A DNA stretch of 64,000 nucleotides from an uncultured Pseudomonadota bacterium (GTDB lineage: Bacteria > Babelota > Babeliae > Babelales > JAUPTZ01), in assembly GCA_964429275.1 (NCBI GenBank), contig CAYSBJ010000002.1, forward strand, positions 176,245-240,244, written 5' to 3'. Under the pieces are notes generated by a model, which did not search any database, was not told the origin of the DNA, and saw nothing but the letters and a program-made list of their open reading frames with translations. A program made the position numbers and the translations under genes. Shown one piece after another: positions 1 through 8,277 of the stretch (position 1 is the stretch's first letter; each line of letters opens with the position of its first letter).

Positions 1-40
1 TAAAACCAATCAAGGTGCTCTTTCGCCACTTACAAAAGGG

Positions 41-718
41 TTGGTGGCCACCACGGTGCTTGGGGTTGCTGGTTACGCTATAGCAGAATACGCGCTTAGC
101 TCTCTGCGTGATCCAGCGTTACGTACGACGGTGCCAACTGCAGTGTCAGGTGGTATTGATAGTGAGCGATGGTTGCAATTTCAAAAATGGTGTCAGCGAT
201 TAATCATTGGTGCGGCTTGTGTGAGCGGTGGGGCGCTCGCGGTGAAATGGGCACGCGGCACTACAGAAAAGGGTCCAGTAGTGATTGAACGTCGCTTGAC
301 TCGCAAAGAGTGGGAGGAGTGTCTTGCCGCGGCCCCCTATAAAAACATCGGCATGACAGCGGATGAGGTGCGGGAACATGCCCATAAAGCGGGCCCCGAG
401 CTTGAGGAGCAACTCGTCGCCTATGCACGGGCCGGAGAAATTGCAAAGTTTGCTGACTTAGCGACGTATGGAAAATTTCCGAACGACCGTATGGTTGATG
501 GAAAGCGCCTTAAAATGGCTAGCCGCGTATGCCACCCGGATAAGACGCGAGAAAGTTCTGCCGAAGTGCGTGCCGTGTATGATAAACTTCAACAGCGGCT
601 CAATTATGCAACAGAACCAAATCCACGACTTGACTGTGAAAAAACGGTGGCGGCGTATGATTTGCTGTACGGGACATTTAACGCAGTGGTGGATCCGCAT
701 AAAGAACGCGTTGACTGA
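41..718 (+). CDS. J-domain (DnaJ-like) protein with a hydrophobic N-terminus. The frame is open to the window edge, so the true start may lie upstream.
   Basis: The C-terminal segment KRLKMASRVCHPDKTRESSAEVRAVYDKLQQRLNYA carries the HPD tripeptide in a helix II/III-like context. The N-terminus VLGVAGYAIAEYAL and a second segment LIIGAACVSGGALAV are hydrophobic. Confidence 0.5.
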   Translation: MVATTVLGVAGYAIAEYALSSLRDPALRTTVPTAVSGGIDSERWLQFQKWCQRLIIGAACVSGGALAVKWARGTTEKGPVVIERRLTRKEWEECLAAAPYKNIGMTADEVREHAHKAGPELEEQLVAYARAGEIAKFADLATYGKFPNDRMVDGKRLKMASRVCHPDKTRESSAEVRAVYDKLQQRLNYATEPNPRLDCEKTVAAYDLLYGTFNAVVDPHKERVD

Positions 719-739
719 ATTCGAAATGTTTATTTTAGA

Positions 740-861
740 GACGTGCTAGCAGCACGTCATTGCGAGCCGCTTTGCGGCGTGGCAATCCAGAAACTTGCTT
801 GGTATAAGCATAACATAGATTGCTTCGTCACTATGTTCCTCGCAATGACGACTACGTCGTC
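740..861. mobile_element. Palindromic MITE-like repeat, copy A, inverted relative to copy B at 30316..30428.
   Basis: Terminal hairpin GACGTGCT-AGC-AGCACGTC. Inverted GTCATTGCGAG ... CTCGCAATGAC arms. Second terminal hairpin GACGAC-TAC-GTCGTC. The reverse complements of the ends match the ends of copy B. Confidence 0.6.
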
Positions 862-914
862 CATTAAATTGAAGTACTTTGACTATAGCCAACTGACTAA
901 GGAGTAATAAAGAA

Positions 915-1982
915 ATGGCGCTCTCTCTCAAAAAACTTATAGTTTTAGTGGCAATAGTTATCTGTGTTGGCGTATGGACGCGGTACTGGTGGCAAATTAG
1001 TACGAGAGTGCCTGCAACCATGGCTCCGTATACGATTGGCCTTGTGTCTATACCGTCTCGGGTGTATCAAGAGCAGGCGGCCACTGCGTTTATTCAAAAT
1101 GTTAAGGATGATGCCCGCAATGGAGGTTGGTGGAAATTTACGATCAAAGAATTTTCTGTGGCTGGCAGTGGTGATTCTGTGTTGCTCAATGCAGTCTGTG
1201 AATCGGCAATTCAGGCCGGCGTTGATGTTATTGTAACTATCGGCTGGATGTGTAGCCAGGCGGCCGTTCAGGCTTGTAAAAGGCGGCATTCATCAATACC
1301 AATAGTTTTTGTGGGGGTTATCGATCCAGTTGGGTTGGAGATAGTTGATTCGCTCAAGAAGCCGGGTGGGAACGCGACGGGAGTTTCTCCTTCGGGTGGT
1401 GTGCGGACCGATCCGACCTTGCTTTTGACGGCGGCAAAGCCACACTGGAAGCGAGCGCTGCTTCCGTATGGAGTGGTAGCGGATGGCAATGAAAAGTATG
1501 CGGAAAGTATTAAGAAGCGCTGTGCGCTCTCAGGGCAAGAGGTGACCTTGCTTCCGATAGACAATGTGGGTGACACACTCGTAAAAATTGAATCGATGCT
1601 TCCTGGTCACGACGTTCTGATGTACTTAGAAGGTGATATGTTGGTCTCTTACGGGGCAGCTTTCGGCAAAATTGCGTCAAAATATGGGGTAACAATGCTG
1701 GCAGGTTCTCTTGATGGGCTGAAGGAATCAGCACTGACTTTTGCGGATAACCCGGCTCCGGTAGCAGCCGCTGCCTTTGAGATGGTAAAGCGTATTCTTT
1801 TTGCCGGAGAATCGCCGGCGACAATGTCGATTGAATGTCTGCCGAATGTGTATGGGTTTACCATCAATCGCGTTTTGTGCGCAGAGCAGGACTTAGCAGG
1901 TATTGATGTTTCTCGTGCAGTGGGTGCGATACGAAGCGATCCCTCGCTTGCGGGCATCCATGACCATATTGTGATTAAATAA
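915..1982 (+). CDS. Membrane-anchored ABC-type substrate-binding-fold protein (ABC_sub_bind / PF04392-like).
   Basis: AAGGAG Shine-Dalgarno site. N-terminal TM segment LIVLVAIVICVGVW. Family signature GVIDPVGLEIVDSLKKPGGNATGV. Confidence 0.7.
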   Translation: MALSLKKLIVLVAIVICVGVWTRYWWQISTRVPATMAPYTIGLVSIPSRVYQEQAATAFIQNVKDDARNGGWWKFTIKEFSVAGSGDSVLLNAVCESAIQAGVDVIVTIGWMCSQAAVQACKRRHSSIPIVFVGVIDPVGLEIVDSLKKPGGNATGVSPSGGVRTDPTLLLTAAKPHWKRALLPYGVVADGNEKYAESIKKRCALSGQEVTLLPIDNVGDTLVKIESMLPGHDVLMYLEGDMLVSYGAAFGKIASKYGVTMLAGSLDGLKESALTFADNPAPVAAAAFEMVKRILFAGESPATMSIECLPNVYGFTINRVLCAEQDLAGIDVSRAVGAIRSDPSLAGIHDHIVIK

Positions 1983-2252
1983 ATTTATAGTCAACGCGTT
2001 TAAAATCTTGATTTTCAAGAACCGTAAGACGGGTCATCCGCCGCCGCACCTCTGGTGCTAAGGCGTGACACGCCGAAGTATCGAAGACGGTTGCGACGGC
2101 GAGCGAAGCGTGGCCGGTGGCAATTCAGAAAGATCGCTCTTATACAATTTAACTCAATGTCCCTAATGGGGCCTGCTTATTTTGGACTTATTTGACTACA
2201 GTAGCCGTTTCAATAATTGTGTTTATTCAGAAGAATTGCCGTAAATAGAAAG

Positions 2253-2288
2253 AGTGCCTATGGGATACAAATTCCAAACATAGGCACT
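2253..2288. terminator. Stem-loop between convergent genes.
   Basis: AGTGCCTATG ... CATAGGCACT forms a perfect 10-bp stem with a 16-nt loop. Confidence 0.35.
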
Positions 2289-2303
2289 CCACTTATCAAA
2301 GTT

Positions 2304-2360
2304 AAAAAAAGCCTCTCGCGCCCGGCTATAGTTATTAAAACCGGGCACGAGAGGTTTCTA
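2304..2360. terminator. Probable bidirectional intrinsic terminator.
   Basis: An A7 run, then CCTCTCGCGCCCGG ... CCGGGCACGAGAGG (13/14 bp paired), then TTTCT. Confidence 0.5.
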
Positions 2361-2403
2361 CGCAAAAATATCTTACACTACTCTGATTCAGTTGTGAATA
2401 TGC

Positions 2404-2439
2404 CCCCGTGCCCAGCGGACTTAATACCGGGCACAGGGG
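2404..2439. repeat. Stem-loop sharing the CCGGGCAC core with the hairpin at 2304..2360.
   Basis: CCCCGTGCCC ... GGGCAC(A)GGGG, a 10-bp stem with one bulge. Confidence 0.3.
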
Positions 2440-2653
2440 CCTTACACAGCGGCTTATTATATTCTTTTACCCCACGATATGGTTTCTAGGCTTGGGTATT
2501 TTTTACTGTTTGCCGTGACAGTTAAAGGAATAACAGAAATCGCAATCACTGTGAAAAAGAGCGTTTTGATGTATGTCGAACAATTTTTTTTCATTTTAAA
2601 ACCCTTCCTTATGTATGTGAGCCATCCCCACTTATCGTTGAATATGATAACTC

Positions 2654-3697
2654 TTATTGCATTCTAATACAATTATGGGCAAGGGCGAGTTTTTCATTTT
2701 TTCTTAAGGACATAACTACTCTTTGAGGAGAGGTACCTTCTAGTCCTTGGCTATCAAAGAGGTTTTTTTTGATAGTTAAAACTCGATCATTTGGCGCAGC
2801 TTGAATGGGCATGTCTTTTGGAGTGCATCCCGAGTGTAAAATTTCTTTTGCGAGAGTGAAGGCCACGCGAGCAAGAGGGGCGGGGTCAGAAGCGTAGCTG
2901 AATGCTGCATCTTTTACCCCATCAATTGAAGAGGCAAACATAGTAACGCCGTATTGAGAGGCGAGTTTTCCAAGTCCTGATCCATTACTGGCTATGGGGT
3001 CTGCCTCTAAATACATAAGCATATCATGCTCAGGCAGCATGGTTGTACATATCGCTATTGTCTCGTTGGGGTTATTAATGGGAAGCAATGTAACGTCTAC
3101 AAAGTTGGCCTTGAGTGCCTGCTTTATTTTGAGTGCTAAAGGTTCATTGCCGTCAGCAACTGCTGCGTACGGTAGAAGCACTTTCTTAGTAGTTGGCTTA
3201 AGTGCTAATAAAAGCATCGCAATATCGACTTTGTTTTCAAAGGAAGCGCTGAAGACGCCGGTGATATTGCCACCCGGGTTTTCAAGTGAGGAGACGATTC
3301 CTACCCCTACTGGATTGTTCACACCCATAAAAACCATAGGTTTTGTTGATTGGCGTTTTTTTGCCATTTGCGCGAATCCCCGCGAGCAGGCAATACCAGT
3401 GCAAATAACAAGGTTAACATTGCTATCAAGTGCTGCATCACAGGTTGCGTTTACCAATAAGGGATCCAGTGCAGATGCAGCAGTGAATTCTTTTACAGCA
3501 AAGCGCTTATCTAAGTTTATTTCTTGCATGAGTGCATTGTTTACTCGTTCGTGATAAGCCATTGAAGGTACGTATATGAGGCCAATGGAATAGAGCGGCG
3601 TGCTATGCCAAAACCTCAATTCGGTCTTGTATAGGATAAAACTAAGCGCCAGAAGAATAATGTAAAATGCGGTAATTACTTTGGTCCTTGATTGCAT
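2654..3697 (-). CDS. Membrane-anchored ABC-type substrate-binding-fold protein (PF04392-like).
   Basis: N-terminal TM segment ITAFYIILLALSFILY. Signature GVNNPVGVGIVSSLENPGGNITGV. Clear paralog of 915..1982. Confidence 0.7.
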   Translation of the reverse strand: MQSRTKVITAFYIILLALSFILYKTELRFWHSTPLYSIGLIYVPSMAYHERVNNALMQEINLDKRFAVKEFTAASALDPLLVNATCDAALDSNVNLVICTGIACSRGFAQMAKKRQSTKPMVFMGVNNPVGVGIVSSLENPGGNITGVFSASFENKVDIAMLLLALKPTTKKVLLPYAAVADGNEPLALKIKQALKANFVDVTLLPINNPNETIAICTTMLPEHDMLMYLEADPIASNGSGLGKLASQYGVTMFASSIDGVKDAAFSYASDPAPLARVAFTLAKEILHSGCTPKDMPIQAAPNDRVLTIKKNLFDSQGLEGTSPQRVVMSLRKNEKLALAHNCIRMQ

Positions 3698-3706
3698 GGT
3701 TCTCTC

Positions 3707-4675
3707 TTATGATTTTATTAATTTTCTGTGAACGTTGACCCATTTGCGAACAGTCTTGGTGCCATTGCTCAGGCAAATGCGCTTTAAACTCGTTGCTGGA
3801 AAATCAAGGCGACGAAACATGTCGATGTTAACAACAAACTCGCGGTCATCTGGTAGCGCGGCTATAGGCATTGACTCCAGGGGGACCCCGTCTTCGCAGT
3901 AGAGTCGGATACGTCGACAGAGCTCCGCAGCCATCTGGCTTAAATCGCCGGCAAAGGAGCAACAAAATCCCGCGTCGATAGCGGTTGTGAGGTTGCCAAT
4001 GGAGATCAGGCATTTTTCCCAGCATAAATACCCCAATTCTTCTTGAAAGAAGTTGCTAAAGCAGCCTTCTAAAAAGCAAATTGCTTGAACCTTGTTTTGG
4101 TAAGCCTTGATAACATCCATAACACTTGCTTCTGTTTGTTCAATCGGCTCTAAATAAATAGTCATTCCAACTTCCGAGAGAAGTCGTTTGATTTCTAAGG
4201 CTTCATCTTGTAGTAGCTGTGCTGTGGGAAGATAGGGAATAACTATGCACTCTACATCTGGATAAAGCTTTGCAATGTGTTTTGCTATTTTTGATGGGGG
4301 AGCATTTTCTCTGAAAACGCCGGTAACGGTAAAACCTGGTTTTTCAAGAGATTTGACTCCCTTGGGTCCCACGGGATTACGGACCCCAACAAACGCTATT
4401 GGTAACCCGTTTGCTTCGGCGGCTACTTCCATAGCATTAAAAAAGCAAAGCTCACCGATTGGCGCTATAAGATCGCAGTCATCTTCAAATGCCATTTCGC
4501 GTACACGTTGTTTAATAGAGTCCTTGTGCGGTGTTACTCGATATATAACGCATTCGTAAAGATTGGGCACCCCGTTGTTCATTTGGAAGCTGATCATATT
4601 TGACATTACGTGGTGGTAAGGCTGGCCCACGAGAGCCAGCACCCCAATACGAAACTTGTTTCCTTTTCTTACCAT
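3707..4675 (-). CDS. Substrate-binding-fold protein (PF04392-like) with no signal peptide or TM segment.
   Basis: Signature GVRNPVGPKGVKSLEKPGFTVTGV. Hydrophilic N-terminus MVRKGNKFRIGVL. Only a 9-nt gap to the downstream paralog. Confidence 0.65.
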   Translation of the reverse strand: MVRKGNKFRIGVLALVGQPYHHVMSNMISFQMNNGVPNLYECVIYRVTPHKDSIKQRVREMAFEDDCDLIAPIGELCFFNAMEVAAEANGLPIAFVGVRNPVGPKGVKSLEKPGFTVTGVFRENAPPSKIAKHIAKLYPDVECIVIPYLPTAQLLQDEALEIKRLLSEVGMTIYLEPIEQTEASVMDVIKAYQNKVQAICFLEGCFSNFFQEELGYLCWEKCLISIGNLTTAIDAGFCCSFAGDLSQMAAELCRRIRLYCEDGVPLESMPIAALPDDREFVVNIDMFRRLDFPATSLKRICLSNGTKTVRKWVNVHRKLIKS

Positions 4676-4684
4676 GATACGTTC

Positions 4685-5797
4685 CTACTTAATTGAGCCG
4701 TCGTATCGAATGCAGTCACGGTCGAGCATCGATTTTATGCGAAGCAGTGCCGATAGGGATCGCGTGAGCTGTACCCCTTGCCGCTGCAGCGCATGCTCGT
4801 TATACCGCATGCCAATTTGCATTGGAATGCGACGGGCGTTGACGATGCCATCGGTAAGCAGCAATTCTTCGAGTACTAACGCCATGAGCCCTATATAGGC
4901 ATCTTTGGTAATGCCACCGCCGAGTGCTGCCCCTTTGAACAGGGAGTCGAGCTCTGAGGCGCAAAAAACACGCTTTTCAGTATCACACAGCTTTGCCAGT
5001 GCTTGGCAGTGCCGGTAGATCGCTGGTTCGTCCAAGGTGATTACCACGTCTGCCATTCGCATCTTCTCCAACAAAGTGCCTTCATGCATTTCGTAGTAGG
5101 TCCAGAAATGCTCTTCCACCTCGATACCGTTTCTGAAAAGCGCGCTGGTAATGCGGCGCCGTTGCTCTTCGGTAATGTTGCATCGCCCGCCGACATTGCG
5201 GCGCGGGGTGTACACGATGCACACGCGCTTGATGTTTGGGATGAATGCGCGCAGGACGTCTGCATACTCATCACCAGACATTGGGGTGTTGTAGACGCCG
5301 GAAAACCCGTAGTCTTGCTGTACAAACCGGAATGTAAAGGAATCTTCGACGCAGTACAGTTGTACTATATCAAGGCCGAATTCATCGCGAATCTCATGTA
5401 CCATCCGCAGGGCGGTATAGCCTGGGGTGACGACAAAAGAAAAACGCTCTCGATCAGCACCAGTCAATGCTGGATGCGATGCAAGAGCGTTATACATATC
5501 AGTTTCGTCACCGCTAACGGTGAGAGTGAGAAGTTCAAAATGAGTGCCAGGGAAGTAGGTGCTGAGTTCAGCGGCTAGCCGTGCGTTAATAGCCTGTGTC
5601 CATTGACGGTTTCCCTCGGTTTCTATAATGAGTCCATTTACATGGTCGTCAACGGGGCGCCGGCGATAAATATTACGCTGGTTACGCTGAACGAAGGTTC
5701 GCGATGCTTCCTGTGCCATTTCAAGTAGGGCATTGAAGGTGTCAGAGGCCGCGTTTTTGATCTCTGTGAGGAGTTTATCCCTTTTCTTCTTATTCAT
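4685..5797 (-). CDS. Divergent substrate-binding-fold paralog with no signal peptide.
   Basis: The family blocks are retained in the same order in degenerate form: VVTPGYTAL, GFSGVYN, RVCIVY, ADVVITLDEPAI, KGAALGGGITKDAYIG. There is a 9-nt gap to the next gene. Confidence 0.45.
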   Translation of the reverse strand: MNKKKRDKLLTEIKNAASDTFNALLEMAQEASRTFVQRNQRNIYRRRPVDDHVNGLIIETEGNRQWTQAINARLAAELSTYFPGTHFELLTLTVSGDETDMYNALASHPALTGADRERFSFVVTPGYTALRMVHEIRDEFGLDIVQLYCVEDSFTFRFVQQDYGFSGVYNTPMSGDEYADVLRAFIPNIKRVCIVYTPRRNVGGRCNITEEQRRRITSALFRNGIEVEEHFWTYYEMHEGTLLEKMRMADVVITLDEPAIYRHCQALAKLCDTEKRVFCASELDSLFKGAALGGGITKDAYIGLMALVLEELLLTDGIVNARRIPMQIGMRYNEHALQRQGVQLTRSLSALLRIKSMLDRDCIRYDGSIK

Positions 5798-6113
5798 AGT
5801 AGTTCTTCCTTGTTGCGAAGTTGACTATACAATACACGAAATAAAAGCACCTCTCGATCAAGCTATTGTACCTGGCTCTATGGCATATAACCAAATAGCA
5901 CAGAACGGGAGATAAGAAGAATTATGCTCCTCTTTTTAGAAAAAGCAAGGAGAAATTGTGCTGCAGAAAGTATTTTGCTAGTTTTTCACCACAATTGATG
6001 GCTCCCGTTAATTTCCAATGTGTCTTCGGAGAGGCGCAATAGAGAAAAGAGGGGGTGGAGCTGTTGCGCCATTATAGAACACTCTTATCTTCTGCTCCTG
6101 CGGGCCAAAGTTT

Positions 6114-7535
6114 CTACTTTTTTTTCTTCTTTTTTATTTTCTTTGGCTTTTTTGCCTTTGCATCTTCTAATTCATGCATTCCAGAGATGCCATCACTTTC
6201 TATGCCATAGTGAGCTGCAACTTTGAGTATCTCTTTATCTGAAATGGAGAATGGCCCTGCGCGATGGCTTGTCTCAACTTCAAGCGAAAGCTTGTTGAGC
6301 ACTTCATTTATTTTGTCGTCTGATTCATAGCCAGTCAATTCATAACCGGTTTCATCGTAGATACTGAGGATAGCCGCATTTCGAAGCTTTTCTTCAATTT
6401 CTTCAGGCGTGAGCTCTGCTTCTTTTGGCTTTGGCCTTGCGGCTGCGGTAGCTGGTGCGGCATATGGGTATGTTGTGCAAAAAAGGTTCCACGGCTTTGT
6501 AACGAGTGTAGCAAACTGTTCTCGCCGGTAGGGGCACGCAGTAAGCATTTGTTGAAAGGTTTGCCAGGAAGATAAGGTGGTGGTGAGAAGTGGTGGATGT
6601 GCTGCCTTGAGAGTGCAAAAAGCTTGCGGTTCAAGTGGCGCTGCTCCCTCCTCATAGAGTGGTATGCAGTATTGGACATCAACTTCTTTTCCATCCCTAA
6701 TGTAGTTTGTTGGAAGCACCGATCGTGGATTTTGCCTTGCAAGGCGTTGTGAGTAAGGGAGAAGATCTGTTGCTGGTTTTCCGTGTGCGTTTGCAACGCG
6801 TTGGACGCGCATTGGTTCGTTAACATGGTCATTAAAAGTGGGAGTACGGCAGAAACTTTTTGATGCCCCGGCAAAAAGAGTATGATGGCATGTCGTAACA
6901 CCTTCGGGTCGACGAGGGCCGGCAACATCATTAAAAATCCCTTTTTGTATGGCATCGGCATCAAATACGATAACAAGGTTGTAATTTTGGTTATGGTTGA
7001 TGACGCCGCATAGATAGATTGGCTGGTTGGGTAAGCCAGGGTTGAGTTCGAAAAGTTCTAGGGGAAGCCGAAAAATGATCGCTGTTCCTCTATTATTAAG
7101 TGATTCGATAGCTATTTGCTTATACATTAATGCTCCAGCAAGTGCACTTTGTACAATAGCTTCAATACCATCGCCATGCGGAGGCGCAACAAGTGGCCGA
7201 TTGATAAAGTTGTCCCATTGTTTTGTAAACGCAGGCGTACAGAGTATCTTTGGAAAATAGATTTCTTGAACTTGATCCGGAATTTTTTTCTGAAGCGTTG
7301 CGTGTATCGTTTCAAGGTGATCAAAGCTAGGGGCATCGGATTGTAAATAGCTCAGCAAAAGAGAATTGACCGAATTGTGTTTAAAGGTTGACTGTTCGTT
7401 CTGAAGAATTACTTTTTCTTCAGGGGTGAGATTGCGTGGCTTTGCATTAGGAGCACACGGGGGAGGGGTGTCCGTCGCAGTGCCAATTGATGCGCAAAAA
7501 AAAGTTAAAATGCTAAAGAAAATATATGAGATCAT
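6114..7535 (-). CDS. Secreted hypothetical protein with a C-terminal polylysine tail.
   Basis: GGAGG Shine-Dalgarno site. Signal peptide MISYIFFSILTFFCASIGTA. C-terminus DAKAKKPKKIKKKKKK. No recognisable domain. Confidence 0.6.
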   Translation of the reverse strand: MISYIFFSILTFFCASIGTATDTPPPCAPNAKPRNLTPEEKVILQNEQSTFKHNSVNSLLLSYLQSDAPSFDHLETIHATLQKKIPDQVQEIYFPKILCTPAFTKQWDNFINRPLVAPPHGDGIEAIVQSALAGALMYKQIAIESLNNRGTAIIFRLPLELFELNPGLPNQPIYLCGVINHNQNYNLVIVFDADAIQKGIFNDVAGPRRPEGVTTCHHTLFAGASKSFCRTPTFNDHVNEPMRVQRVANAHGKPATDLLPYSQRLARQNPRSVLPTNYIRDGKEVDVQYCIPLYEEGAAPLEPQAFCTLKAAHPPLLTTTLSSWQTFQQMLTACPYRREQFATLVTKPWNLFCTTYPYAAPATAAARPKPKEAELTPEEIEEKLRNAAILSIYDETGYELTGYESDDKINEVLNKLSLEVETSHRAGPFSISDKEILKVAAHYGIESDGISGMHELEDAKAKKPKKIKKKKKK

Positions 7536-7614
7536 GAGAGCCTCCGAGGGTTGTAAAATAGTATGGCACGGAGAACGGTACTTGATTATGCAGGGGTTGG
7601 CAAATTATTCCAAA

Positions 7615-7648
7615 CGAAAGAGGCCCAGAATTACCCGGGCCTCTTTCG
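7615..7648 (-). terminator. Intrinsic terminator downstream of frr.
   Basis: CGAAAGAGGCCC ... GGGCCTCTTTCG forms a 12-bp stem. The T-run on the minus strand is short. Confidence 0.5.
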
Positions 7649-7671
7649 TAAAATGTATCATTCGAGTGGTA

Positions 7672-8256
7672 TTAAACCGCGCGAATATCGGTCGCCTTCT
7701 TCGCGCTCAATTCGTCAACAACTTTGATGCTGTTGTCGGTGACTTTTTGCAATGAATCGGCCAAGCGTTTAGCAAAGTCCTCTGAGATGTCGCCATCTTT
7801 TTCAAGTTCTTTTACCAAGTTTTGTGCTTCTTTGCGAATGCCGCGAACGCCAACACGGCATTCTTCGGTCTTCTTATTGAGCACCTTAACCAATTCTTCA
7901 CGACGATCAGAGCTCATTGGCGGTAATACTAAGCGGATCATTTGCCCGTCGTTTTGTGGCGTAATGCCAACATCGGAGGCAAGGATTCCTTTTTCAATGG
8001 CGCCGAGTAAGGCTTTGTCCCATGGTTGAATGGTCAACAAACGGGCATCAGGTGCGCCGAGTGTTGCTAAATCACGCAAGTTCATAACTTGGCCGTAGCT
8101 TTCCACTTTGACATCTTCGATCAATTTGGTATTCGCGCGGCCGGTACGAATGCTGGCAAGATCTTTTTCAAAATGCTTAATCGGATCTTGCATTGCAAGC
8201 GCTACAGCAGATTCAAACCCTTTAACATCACCTTCGGTAATCTTTAATGTTAACAT
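7672..8256 (-). CDS. frr: Ribosome recycling factor.
   Basis: Motifs LASIRTGRAN, LPPMSSDRREELVK and GVRGIRKEA, plus length, are typical of RRF. Confidence 0.95.
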   Translation of the reverse strand: MLTLKITEGDVKGFESAVALAMQDPIKHFEKDLASIRTGRANTKLIEDVKVESYGQVMNLRDLATLGAPDARLLTIQPWDKALLGAIEKGILASDVGITPQNDGQMIRLVLPPMSSDRREELVKVLNKKTEECRVGVRGIRKEAQNLVKELEKDGDISEDFAKRLADSLQKVTDNSIKVVDELSAKKATDIRAV

Positions 8257-8277
8257 AGAGCGTCCCTTTGTTGCGTA

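Noticed and set aside
746-1021. A 91-aa minus-strand ORF, and the matching 116-aa ORF at 30084..30434, containing HCEEHSDEAI...LAMT and VVIASEARQSR peptides.
   Set aside because: These are translations through the palindromic repeat element and overlap real genes. They are a classic spurious-ORF artefact of this repeat type.
2217-2667. Two ORFs (90 and 62 aa) in the convergent intergenic gap.
   Set aside because: They have no Shine-Dalgarno sites, they run through terminator hairpins, and their sequence is low-complexity and AT-rich.
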